DNA from: an uncultured virus (IMG/VR IMGVR_UViG_3300042691_030539)
Taxonomy: Duplodnaviria > Heunggongvirae > Uroviricota > Caudoviricetes
Strand: one strand, 5' to 3'
DNA: 64,000 nt
Virus record (IMG/VR): IMGVR_UViG_3300042691_030539
Shown piece by piece: positions 1 through 7,627 of this stretch; the first letter of the stretch is position 1; the number at the start of each line of letters is the position of its first letter. The translations under genes and the position numbers were made by a program. The notes under the pieces were generated by a model. That model made no database searches and was not told the origin of the DNA. It saw nothing but the letters and a program-made list of their open reading frames with translations.

Positions 1-99
1 CAAGCAGTTGGTATGGTTGAGGGTATGGGATATTCGGTTAGGTATAAAACACTTGGTCCAATCGCAACTTATGCGGCAGACCATTTGGTAAAAATATAA
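1..99 (+). CDS. 3' end of a hypothetical protein (5' truncated)
   Basis: Open frame QAVGMVEGMG...HLVKI ending TAA at 97-99. Confidence 0.5.
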   Translation, partial: QAVGMVEGMGYSVRYKTLGPIATYAADHLVKI

Positions 100-131
100 T
101 TTGGTATTGTAACAAATTTTGTATATATTGG
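100..131 (+). promoter_or_regulatory. Bacteroidota-type housekeeping promoter for the tRNA array
   Basis: TTTG 100-103, 20-nt spacer, TATATTGG 124-131. Confidence 0.6.
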
Positions 132-141
132 TTACAATTAT

Positions 142-213
142 GGCCTCGTCGTCTAATGGTTAGGACGTCACCCTTTCACGGTGAAGATTTCGGTTCGACT
201 CCGTGCGAGGCTA
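142..213 (+). tRNA. tRNA-Glu(TTC)
   Basis: Acceptor GGCCTCG/CGAGGCT; anticodon arm TCACC-CT TTC AC-GGTGA; GGTTCGACTCC T-arm. Confidence 0.95.
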
Positions 214-219
214 CAAAAT

Positions 220-292
220 GCCCGAGTAGCTCAGTTGGTAGAGCTTCTGATTTGTAATCAGATGGTCGCAGGTTCGAGTCCTGTCTCTGGCT
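220..292 (+). tRNA. tRNA-Thr(TGT)
   Basis: TCTGA-TT TGT AA-TCAGA anticodon arm; canonical D and T arms. Confidence 0.95.
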
Positions 293-297
293 CAAAA

Positions 298-346
298 GGA
301 CTTTAATGGATGGTGTACACATCTGAAGCAGGTTAGTCCCACCTGT
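298..346 (+). ncRNA. Putative small pseudoknotted RNA in tRNA spacer
   Basis: GGACT/AGTCC and GCAGGT/ACCTGT interleaved stems plus GATG/CATC hairpin. Confidence 0.4.
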
Positions 347-351
347 AAAAA

Positions 352-425
352 GGATTGGTAGTTCAGTTGGTTAGAATGCCGCCCTGTCACGGCGGAGGTC
401 GCGAGTTCGAGTCTCGTCCATTCCG
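352..425 (+). tRNA. tRNA-Asp(GTC)
   Basis: CCGCC-CT GTC AC-GGCGG anticodon arm. Confidence 0.95.
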
Positions 426-428
426 CAA

Positions 429-498
429 AACACAATTCGGTTGTATATGCAATTAGCTCGGCAACCGCTCGCACTTGAAGATGTAAAGTGATTGTGTT
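429..498 (+). ncRNA. Putative three-way-junction RNA in tRNA spacer
   Basis: AACACAAT/ATTGTGTT closing stem; CGGTTG/CAACCG and CACTT/AAGTG arms. Confidence 0.45.
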
Positions 499-505
499 CA
501 CATAT

Positions 506-580
506 GGCCTCGTAGTTCAATGGATAGAACGGGTGACTTCTAATCTCCAGATCCAAGTTCGATTCTTGGCGAGGCTACCA
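506..580 (+). tRNA. tRNA-Arg(TCT)
   Basis: GGTGA-CT TCT AA-TCTCC anticodon arm; encoded CCA. Confidence 0.93.
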
Positions 581-581
581 T

Positions 582-655
582 CGGGGAATAGTACAGTCCG
601 GTAGTATGCATGGTTTGGGACCATGAGGTCGTAGGTTCGAATCCTGCTTCCCCGA
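582..655 (+). tRNA. tRNA-Pro(TGG)
   Basis: CATGG-TT TGG GA-CCATG; acceptor CGGGGAA/TTCCCCG. Confidence 0.95.
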
Positions 656-664
656 CAAAAAAGA

Positions 665-696
665 TTTGGAAATGTTGAAAAATATTTCTATCTTAC
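665..696 (+). promoter_or_regulatory. Bacteroidota-type promoter
   Basis: TTTG 665-668, N20, TATCTTAC 689-696. Confidence 0.55.
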
Positions 697-715
697 ATTT
701 AGTTCTTTAAGAAAT

Positions 716-802
716 GCCCTTGTGGTGGAATAGGTAGACACGCAGGACTTAAAATCCTGTTCGCCGAAAAAGCGAGTACGAGTTCGATTCTCGTTGGGGG
801 CA
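716..802 (+). tRNA. tRNA-Leu(TAA)
   Basis: CAGGA-CT TAA AA-TCCTG; long variable arm. Confidence 0.95.
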
Positions 803-803
803 C

Positions 804-1183
804 ACATTATCGTTCTTTGACATATAAGGAGAAACAAATTATGGAAATACTATCATTCATTTTAGGGATAGCGTTGGTGGTGGTTATTGCACTTGCAATA
901 GTTGCTATTTACACTTTCGTTAAGGTAGGAAAATTAGCAAATGCTGTGAGAGATTTTGATATTAGAGAATCATCTATATATCAGAATATGCAATCAGAAG
1001 TAGGAGCATTACATAGAAGAGTAGATGAATTGGATAATAATATCGGTAGAAGAATTGATGATTTTGAAAGAGATATTTACTCCCAATTAGATTCTAGATT
1101 AGACAAGTTAGAAAACAAATTAACTGGCAATGTTGCCACAAAACAAAATTTAAAAGCATAAAATAGTTAAAGAACGATAATGT
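804..1183. repeat. 18-bp inverted repeat flanking the CDS at 841-1161
   Basis: ACATTATCGTTCTTTGAC (804-821) pairs with GTTAAAGAACGATAATGT (1166-1183), one G:U. Confidence 0.85.
841..1161 (+). CDS. Membrane-anchored coiled-coil protein
   Basis: ATG 841; N-terminal TM helix (ILSFILGIALVVVIALAIVAIY); heptad-like C-terminus. Confidence 0.8.
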   Translation: MEILSFILGIALVVVIALAIVAIYTFVKVGKLANAVRDFDIRESSIYQNMQSEVGALHRRVDELDNNIGRRIDDFERDIYSQLDSRLDKLENKLTGNVATKQNLKA

Positions 1184-1186
1184 AAT

Positions 1187-1260
1187 GGGGAAGTAGCTCA
1201 GTTGGCTAGAGCACTTGATTTGCATTCAAGGGGTCATGGGTTCGACTCCCTTCTTCTCCA
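1187..1260 (+). tRNA. tRNA-Ala(TGC)
   Basis: CTTGA-TT TGC AT-TCAAG; G3:U70 pair. Confidence 0.95.
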
Positions 1261-1265
1261 CATTT

Positions 1266-1339
1266 GGACCTATAGCTCAGTCGGTTAGAGCAAATGACTC
1301 ATAATCATTAGGTCCCTGGTTCGAGCCCAGGTGGGTCCA
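1266..1339 (+). tRNA. tRNA(CAT), probably Ile2 (lysidine type), possibly Met
   Basis: AATGA-CT CAT AA-TCATT; body resembles bacterial tRNA-Ile2. Confidence 0.85.
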
Positions 1340-1431
1340 CATAAAAAAATAATATAAAATTAATAATATTTTTTATTATAATCCGTATATATGAATGATT
1401 ACCTTTATTTATTAAAATTCATAATCATTTT

Positions 1432-2490
1432 ATGGCCGGAAAAAAGATATTATTCATTCTCCGAAGGAGAGTTGACTATAACGTACAAAAACATGGAACT
1501 AATAAAAGTTTAAGTACGGGATTGTATAATTCGGCAACATATATGCACGAGATGTTATTGAATGCAGGTATTGATAGTAAAATGTGTGTTGTTGAAGATA
1601 ATAATAAAATCGATAAAGAGGTATCGGAGTATAAACCAACGCATGTTATTATAGAGGCGTTATGGGTTGTACCATCGAAGTTTAGTGTTTTATGTAAACT
1701 ACATCCAAACGTAAAATGGATAATACGTTTACATAGTGAGATACCATTTTTGGGTAACGAAGGAATAGCTTTTGATTGGATTGGTGATTATATAGAATTT
1801 CCTAACGTAATCATCGCACCAAATTCCAAAAGAGCATTGAAAGATGTTCGGAATTTTGTTAAAACTAAAACATATTGGGGTGATGAATACCTTAAAGAAA
1901 AGGTTATACTTTTACCAAATTCATATCCTATTGTTTGGAAAAGAAAAACCTACTCCCAAAAAGATGAATATATAGATATCGCTTGTTTTGGAGCAGTGAG
2001 GCCTATGAAAAATCATGTGATACAGGCATTAGCAGCAATTGAATTTGCAGAATCAATAGGAAAAAAACTTCGATTCCATATAAATTCTGGAAGAGTTGAA
2101 CAGAGAGGTGAATCGGTTATAAATAATTTAATTGGTATTTTTAGTCATATTTACGATTCTGGTCACAGATTGATAAATCACGATTGGTTACCGAGAGAAA
2201 AATTTATTGAACTATGTTCGACAATTGATATTGGAATGCAAGTTTCATTTTCAGAAACATTTAATATAGTGGCGGCTGATATGTTGAGTCAGGGAGTTCC
2301 AATAGTTGTTTCCGATGAAATTCCATGGAGTAATCCAATGTTCGAAGCATCTCCAACCGATAGTGGTGATATGGTTAGAAAACTTAAATTGACAAATAAA
2401 TTTAATTGGATTAATGTTTATACAAATCAAAAATTATTAAATATATATACTAACAAAACACGTAAAATCTGGCTAAAACATTTTAAATGA
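1432..2490 (+). CDS. GT-B (GT4-like) glycosyltransferase
   Basis: FGAVRPMKN and SFSETFNIVAADMLSQGVPIVVS motifs. Confidence 0.75.
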   Translation: MAGKKILFILRRRVDYNVQKHGTNKSLSTGLYNSATYMHEMLLNAGIDSKMCVVEDNNKIDKEVSEYKPTHVIIEALWVVPSKFSVLCKLHPNVKWIIRLHSEIPFLGNEGIAFDWIGDYIEFPNVIIAPNSKRALKDVRNFVKTKTYWGDEYLKEKVILLPNSYPIVWKRKTYSQKDEYIDIACFGAVRPMKNHVIQALAAIEFAESIGKKLRFHINSGRVEQRGESVINNLIGIFSHIYDSGHRLINHDWLPREKFIELCSTIDIGMQVSFSETFNIVAADMLSQGVPIVVSDEIPWSNPMFEASPTDSGDMVRKLKLTNKFNWINVYTNQKLLNIYTNKTRKIWLKHFK

Positions 2491-2780
2491 AAAAGAGAGA
2501 AAGTAATAAGTACATTTTAAAAAACCCAATAGCATTGAAAGATTATCAACCAAATGATAATATGACTTTTAATGTGGTTTTGAAACTAATAAAGAAAGAA
2601 AATAACATACTATATGTTGAAGAAATAGAATGCGAATCTATACAAGATGCTCATAAAAAAATAAAGCAGATAAAAGAATCAGGTGTTAGAGTTAAAATAT
2701 ATAATGAGCATAGACATTTAGTACATAGTGAAACTGTGAACTATATTGTAGAACATGGAAATACACCAGATTACGCTTAA
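2487..2780 (+). CDS. Hypothetical protein
   Basis: ORF coupled to the upstream stop. Confidence 0.6.
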   Translation: MKKRESNKYILKNPIALKDYQPNDNMTFNVVLKLIKKENNILYVEEIECESIQDAHKKIKQIKESGVRVKIYNEHRHLVHSETVNYIVEHGNTPDYA

Positions 2781-2789
2781 TTAAATTTT

Positions 2790-3326
2790 ATGAAAAAATT
2801 CTTATTATATTCATCAATATTTGTATTGATTATAATTTCAATGTTTATTGGGTGTAATGCATTTTCAAATGAAGATAAACCATTCAATCAGGTTGTATTA
2901 AGTGAAGATAATATGGTAATAAATTACACTAGTATTAATTACTATGATACCGTTTTGAGTGTTGGATTGGATATGGCCGGAGTTGATGGTGTGTTAGTTA
3001 GAATGGAATCATTAAGTGATGCTGCAAAATCTAACTTTGATGGAGAACTAAAGGCACATATTAGATATTATAATGGTGTTTATTATTTGTTTGTTGATGA
3101 ATTGGATAGAGAGGATGCTATAACCATCATAGCACATGAAATAATTCACATATTACAATATAATTCAGGTCAGTTGCAATATGATTTAGCAAACGGATAT
3201 GTTATATGGGAAAACGAAACGATTGATCCAACGCGAGTATCATATGATGATAGACCTTGGGAGCAGGATGCACACCAAAGAGATGGGCAGTTAAGTGTTA
3301 AAATTAGAGATATATTATACAATTAA
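2790..3326 (+). CDS. Secreted or lipoprotein zinc metallopeptidase-like protein
   Basis: Signal peptide ending FIGC; HEIIH and downstream RPWE. Confidence 0.65.
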   Translation: MKKFLLYSSIFVLIIISMFIGCNAFSNEDKPFNQVVLSEDNMVINYTSINYYDTVLSVGLDMAGVDGVLVRMESLSDAAKSNFDGELKAHIRYYNGVYYLFVDELDREDAITIIAHEIIHILQYNSGQLQYDLANGYVIWENETIDPTRVSYDDRPWEQDAHQRDGQLSVKIRDILYN

Positions 3327-3342
3327 AAAAAAAGAAAAAGTT

Positions 3343-3585
3343 ATGCAAGTATTTATTTGTTATTATGCAATCACATTTTTGTATTGCATAGTTATGGCTT
3401 CCAGAAGATGGAATAAAGATGTTAGAGCGGGTGGATTAGGAATTACTCCTGCTATGGACACTATGGCAATCGCAATCATGTGTTGGGCATTGGCACCTGT
3501 AGATATATTCTTAACGTGGGTTAGGGTATATAAAGAGGCAGAAGAGGCAAAACGTAGGATAGACAAAGAACACAATATTTTCTAA
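3343..3585 (+). CDS. Small membrane protein
   Basis: ATG 3343; two hydrophobic segments. Confidence 0.65.
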   Translation: MQVFICYYAITFLYCIVMASRRWNKDVRAGGLGITPAMDTMAIAIMCWALAPVDIFLTWVRVYKEAEEAKRRIDKEHNIF

Positions 3586-3593
3586 ATCCAACA

Positions 3594-3678
3594 GGAGAGA
3601 TGGCAGAGTGGTTGAATGCACCGGTCTTGAAAACCGGCATACTGAAAGGTATCTGGGGTTCGAATCCCTGTCTCTCCG
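3594..3678 (+). tRNA. tRNA-Ser(TGA)
   Basis: CCGGT-CT TGA AA-ACCGG; long variable arm. Confidence 0.95.
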
Positions 3679-3683
3679 CAGAT

Positions 3684-3851
3684 TGTAAGGTGGTGAAATT
3701 AAATAACAGACGCGTTGTTTATGGCAGACACTCCCACTCGTCTCGTGGGTGCAGATATAGAAATAGATAAAAGGTATGGGTTGACCACAAGCTGCAGCAA
3801 ATGTGCCTTTTGTTGAATCTCTGCGTGAAGGTTCGAATCCTTCCCTTACAG
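3684..3851 (+). ncRNA. Enlarged tRNA-like RNA (168 nt)
   Basis: Acceptor TGTAAGG/CCTTACA; T-arm GAAGG-TTCGAAT-CCTTC; CCCAC/GTGGG stem with 7-nt loop; insertions in the D-loop and variable region. Confidence 0.8.
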
Positions 3852-3856
3852 CACAA

Positions 3857-3928
3857 GCGGATATCGTATAATGGTTATTACTCCTTCCTTCCAAGTAGGA
3901 GATGTCGGTTCGATTCCGGCTATCCGCT
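3857..3928 (+). tRNA. tRNA-Gly(TCC)
   Basis: CCTTC-CT TCC AA-GTAGG; acceptor GCGGATA/TATCCGC. Confidence 0.93.
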
Positions 3929-3932
3929 CATG

Positions 3933-4012
3933 GGCCTGTTAGTATTAGGCCGAAAGAGAAATAGGTGTTTTTCAATTACTAACCTTCCAAACACCATTTT
4001 TGGAGGGTATAT
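3933..4012 (+). ncRNA. Putative kissing-loop/pseudoknot RNA between tRNA-Gly and tRNA-Gln
   Basis: GGCCT/AGGCC hairpin whose loop GTTAGTA pairs with TACTAAC (3977-3983). Confidence 0.5.
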
Positions 4013-4083
4013 TGCCCTTTAGTATAACGGTAGTACGACAGATTTTGATTCTGTTTGTTGTGGTTCGAATCCATGAGGGGCAA
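4013..4083 (+). tRNA. tRNA-Gln(TTG)
   Basis: ACAGA-TT TTG AT-TCTGT. Confidence 0.93.
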
Positions 4084-4086
4084 CAA

Positions 4087-4112
4087 AAAAGCCGGTATAA
4101 AACCGGCCTTTT
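4087..4112. terminator. Intrinsic terminator, probably bidirectional
   Basis: AAAA-GCCGGT-ATAAA-ACCGGC-CTTTT between convergent units. Confidence 0.8.
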
Positions 4113-4131
4113 CTTTGGTTAAGAAATCAAA

Positions 4132-4293
4132 TTACTTTTTTGAAACGATTGACCAAACTGTTCCAACTAATGTTGCAACACCACCCGCTAACTCTGTGTA
4201 GAGTGATTCATCGATTAAACCTTTGGCGATTACAATACCACCAACAAATGTCAATACATGTCTTAAAATACCTAATACTTGATCTTTGTTCAT
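4132..4293 (-). CDS. 53-aa two-TM protein, putative holin
   Basis: Manual translation MNKDQVLGILRHVLTFVGGIVIAKGLIDESLYTELAGGVATLVGTVWSIVSKK; not in the ORF track. Confidence 0.7.
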   Translation of the reverse strand: MNKDQVLGILRHVLTFVGGIVIAKGLIDESLYTELAGGVATLVGTVWSIVSKK

Positions 4294-4506
4294 TTTTACT
4301 TTTTTTAGTTTAAAAATAAGTAGTAACCCTTAAGTAATAATATATATTCTTCTTTATTATCAATAATCAACACATATTTCTAATATAGAAAAATATTATA
4401 AAACTAAAAAAATAATAGATAATATTTATATTATTTTGCAGAATATTGTTCTGATAATCTATATATTTTTAGAATAAATTTCTACAAAACAACTGAAAAA
4501 AAATAT

Positions 4507-4537
4507 TTTGTATTTTATTGTTTTTTACTTATATTTG
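4507..4537 (+). promoter_or_regulatory. Bacteroidota-type promoter
   Basis: TTTG 4507-4510, N19, TATATTTG 4530-4537 (full consensus). Confidence 0.7.
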
Positions 4538-4540
4538 ATT

Positions 4541-4756
4541 ATGGAAAAAATAGAAATTAATGCTGGTCACTATTTAGAATTAATGGATAGATTGCATGTT
4601 ATAGCGTGTACATTAAATGACCATTGTGTAGAACATCCTTTGTCAAAAGCTGATAAAGAAATTGAATTTAGAATAAAATATGCTTTGGGGCAAATATGGG
4701 ATGCCTATCAGTATGTAGGAAAAAAAGATTATGAAAATGAGAATAACACATATTAG
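4541..4756 (+). CDS. Hypothetical protein
   Basis: ATG 4541 directly after the promoter. Confidence 0.65.
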   Translation: MEKIEINAGHYLELMDRLHVIACTLNDHCVEHPLSKADKEIEFRIKYALGQIWDAYQYVGKKDYENENNTY

Positions 4757-5486
4757 CGATACACACAATAAGCACAACCAACTTAATGGTAAATTGCCGG
4801 GTGGTGATTTACTGATACATAGTGGTGATATTTCATCTATTGGTAGAGAGAGTGAAGTTGAACGTTTTATAAAGTGGTTCAATGGAATTGATAACTATAC
4901 CAATAAAGTATTTATAGCAGGAAACCATGACTTGAGTTTTGAATCCGAAGAACTATTTCAAAGAAAATCTAGCTTTTTTGATAGAAAAATCTATGAAGGA
5001 ATTCCATCTATGGGAAAACCACAATGGTTGGAAGTATTATTGGGTTCAGAATTAGCATCTAATGTTTTTTATTTAGAAAATAATTACATAACAATAGATG
5101 ATATTAAAATTTGGGGATCCCCATACTCACCAACATTTGGATATGATTGGGCATTTAATGTTGATAGAGGACACGATGCTATTAAGATTTGGAATAAGAT
5201 ACCGAAGGATGCTGATATTGTAATAACCCATACACCAATATATGGGTATTGTGATAGAGCATCAAACACAAATGAAAATGTAGGATGTGCAAATTTATAT
5301 CAAAGATTGAATGAATTGAATGTTCAACTACATTTTAGCGGTCATATTCACGAAGCGTATGGTTATAAACCAACAAAATGGGGATATGCTTTTAATGGGT
5401 GTAATTGTAATTTGAGTTATGAAGTTTATAATAACCCAATAACATTTGATTACGATTTTATTTCAAAAGAAATAAACTTTTTATGA
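4731..5486 (+). CDS. Calcineurin-like metallophosphoesterase
   Basis: SDTH, HSGD, AGNHD, THTP and GHIHE motifs. Confidence 0.9.
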   Translation: MKMRITHISDTHNKHNQLNGKLPGGDLLIHSGDISSIGRESEVERFIKWFNGIDNYTNKVFIAGNHDLSFESEELFQRKSSFFDRKIYEGIPSMGKPQWLEVLLGSELASNVFYLENNYITIDDIKIWGSPYSPTFGYDWAFNVDRGHDAIKIWNKIPKDADIVITHTPIYGYCDRASNTNENVGCANLYQRLNELNVQLHFSGHIHEAYGYKPTKWGYAFNGCNCNLSYEVYNNPITFDYDFISKEINFL

Positions 5487-5974
5487 TGAAGAAAGAAAAA
5501 ATATGGTTGTATTTAGATGATGTTCGAATACCGACCGAAGGAAATTGGCAAGTGGTTAGAAATTATGATGAGTTTATTTTGCATATAAAAATGCATGGGT
5601 TGGAGAACTACGAAGTAATAAGTTTGGATCACGATTTGGGTGAAGGTGCAATGGTAGAATATTATACCAACGTAAAACCTAATTATGAATTAAATTATGA
5701 AAGGATACCTGAAAAGACGGGTATGGATTGTGCTAGATTTTTGGTAACGGAAGCAATGAACAAAAATATTCAGTTACCAACTATCTATGTACATTCTGCC
5801 AATCCAATCGGAGCAGCAAATATAATAGGTTATATTAACAACTATTTTAGAAATCACAAATTGCCTGAAGTTTGTGTGAAAGTTAATATAGAACACACAT
5901 ACTCACCTGACCAAATTTTGAGTGAGGAAGAAAGACATCGTAGATACAATATTGTAAAAAAATATAAAAAATAA
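5483..5974 (+). CDS. Cyclic-phosphate-processing receiver-domain protein
   Basis: YLDDVR...SLDHDLG...TGMDCA...VHSANPIG signature. Confidence 0.75.
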   Translation: MMKKEKIWLYLDDVRIPTEGNWQVVRNYDEFILHIKMHGLENYEVISLDHDLGEGAMVEYYTNVKPNYELNYERIPEKTGMDCARFLVTEAMNKNIQLPTIYVHSANPIGAANIIGYINNYFRNHKLPEVCVKVNIEHTYSPDQILSEEERHRRYNIVKKYKK

Positions 5975-6131
5975 GTTATGATTGGATTTGTAATTGGATT
6001 CGTATTAACATCAGTTTGGATTGGCTTCGAAATGTGGCGAGCACCAACGATGGATGAAAGAACAGGAAAAATAATAAAAGAAGGAAAAAAACTTTCAGAT
6101 TTATTCAGTAAAAAATAAAAAACAAATAGTT

Positions 6132-6698
6132 ATGGACATCCGATTCACAGACAGCTTTAGTAAAAGTTTGAAAAGGTTAATTTGGCATCAGCATTGGTTA
6201 TATAAAACCTATGCGTTATTCCGTTATGATATTCCATTGTTCTTAAAAAACATTTGGAGATTCAGAAAGGAATTGTGGCAACACCAATGGTGGGATTACC
6301 GATTCACACTTGATATGTTTCAACGTTCTTTAACAATAATGGAAAAGGGAATGAGTGAGAAGGGGTTTGAAGTTACGGAAACAAGAGAACCAAAGATTAA
6401 ATCTATGAGACGTGCTTTGGAATTGATTCGTAACAATAGAGAAGATAATTATGTTGAACGTGCGGAGGCTGAATTGGGAGAATTGAGTAGATGGGATTGG
6501 GAAATAGATGAGAATGGTTTTATGATTGATAGAGATACTCCAGAACAAAAAGAACACAATCGTAAAGTATTTGAAAGAGCACGGGAAATAGAAGATGCGG
6601 AGTGGACTGAATTGTGGGAGATTTTTAAAGGTACTAAATATTCAAAGAAATTTGGAAAAAAGTACGATGGGACGGATATGAGAGGGTGGTGGGATTAA
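6132..6698 (+). CDS. Hypothetical phage protein
   Basis: 188-aa ORF ending GWWD. Confidence 0.8.
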   Translation: MDIRFTDSFSKSLKRLIWHQHWLYKTYALFRYDIPLFLKNIWRFRKELWQHQWWDYRFTLDMFQRSLTIMEKGMSEKGFEVTETREPKIKSMRRALELIRNNREDNYVERAEAELGELSRWDWEIDENGFMIDRDTPEQKEHNRKVFERAREIEDAEWTELWEIFKGTKYSKKFGKKYDGTDMRGWWD

Positions 6699-6729
6699 TA
6701 GGATTACTAACCATTTAATATATGTTTTT

Positions 6730-6924
6730 ATGTTTGCTATTTTGTTTTCCATTGCTATTGCAGCTATCATTGCCATCCTTTGGGTAAGGGGTATTGATAA
6801 TATGAAAAAAAATCATCCCGATTATAAAGGTGAAGATTTCCTAAACTGGGATAAGGATATAACTAAATCCGCCGGAAGAGATGGATGGGATGATAACCGA
6901 GTCCACACCGAAGGTGACTTCTAA
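6730..6924 (+). CDS. Small membrane protein
   Basis: N-terminal TM helix followed by HPDYKGEDF. Confidence 0.7.
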   Translation: MFAILFSIAIAAIIAILWVRGIDNMKKNHPDYKGEDFLNWDKDITKSAGRDGWDDNRVHTEGDF

Positions 6925-6948
6925 TTAATATTTAAAATTTAAAAAGTT

Positions 6949-7290
6949 ATGAAAGAGTTTATTAAAAAGTATCAGAAATTAATTGTAGGGTTGGGTGCAG
7001 TATCTGCATTGACGATATGTTACCTACAACAAAAAGAATTAACAAAATTGCGTAGTGAAAGAGATAATCTAATCCATCATATGGTAGATGCACATGCTAT
7101 GTCAGGTGGTGATATTGCAAAAGCACAAACAATTGATTCTCTACAAAAGAGATGTGATTCTCTTTATGATGAATTATTCCCTGCTCAAATTGAATTGGGT
7201 AGATATCAAGTTGCGTATGAAATCTTTATGGAAAGAAATCCAAAAGCAGCGCAACAATATGGTACAATTATTTCAGAAGAAACAGAATAA
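6949..7290 (+). CDS. Membrane-anchored hypothetical protein
   Basis: N-terminal hydrophobic helix plus coiled coil. Confidence 0.7.
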   Translation: MKEFIKKYQKLIVGLGAVSALTICYLQQKELTKLRSERDNLIHHMVDAHAMSGGDIAKAQTIDSLQKRCDSLYDELFPAQIELGRYQVAYEIFMERNPKAAQQYGTIISEETE

Positions 7291-7465
7291 GTTATGGCAG
7301 TAGAAACAAAGTTGGATATGATATTAAAAGTTCTCGAAGATATAAGAGAAATTTTGAAAGAACAAAAACAACAAACACAAACAAAAATTACCGTCGTAGG
7401 TAATAAAACACAAAGTACAAAAGGACTTAAAAGTAGTGAAGATTTTACCCTATAAATGGGGTTTT

Positions 7466-7591
7466 ATAACTCATTGATAATCAAAGACTTACATATGTAG
7501 GTCTTTTTTTATGCGTAACTAATTGATTGTCAATGGGTTAAAAAATAGTTTAAAATTTTTTTGGCCATTTGAAAAAAAAGTCGTATATTTA
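7466..7591 (+). promoter_or_regulatory. Operator cluster 1 (two palindromic TTGA-N3-TCAA sites) plus promoter
   Basis: TAACTCATTGATAATCAAAGACTTA and TAACTAATTGATTGTCAATGGGTTA; TTTG 7560 and TATATTTA 7584. Confidence 0.7.
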
Positions 7592-7627
7592 CATATATTC
7601 AAAAATTAATCACACAAATTTATTGTT

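Noticed and set aside
292..556. Minus-strand ORFs of 69 and 61 aa
   Set aside because: Antisense to tRNA genes; no coding signal.
298..4012. Theta (HDV-like) ribozymes after tRNAs
   Set aside because: The spacer elements lack the nested P1-P2-P3-P1.1-P4 order; reported as unclassified structures instead.
3511..4022. ORFs 3511-3894 (-) and 3801-4022 (+)
   Set aside because: They overlap tRNA-Ser, the tRNA-like RNA and tRNA-Gly.
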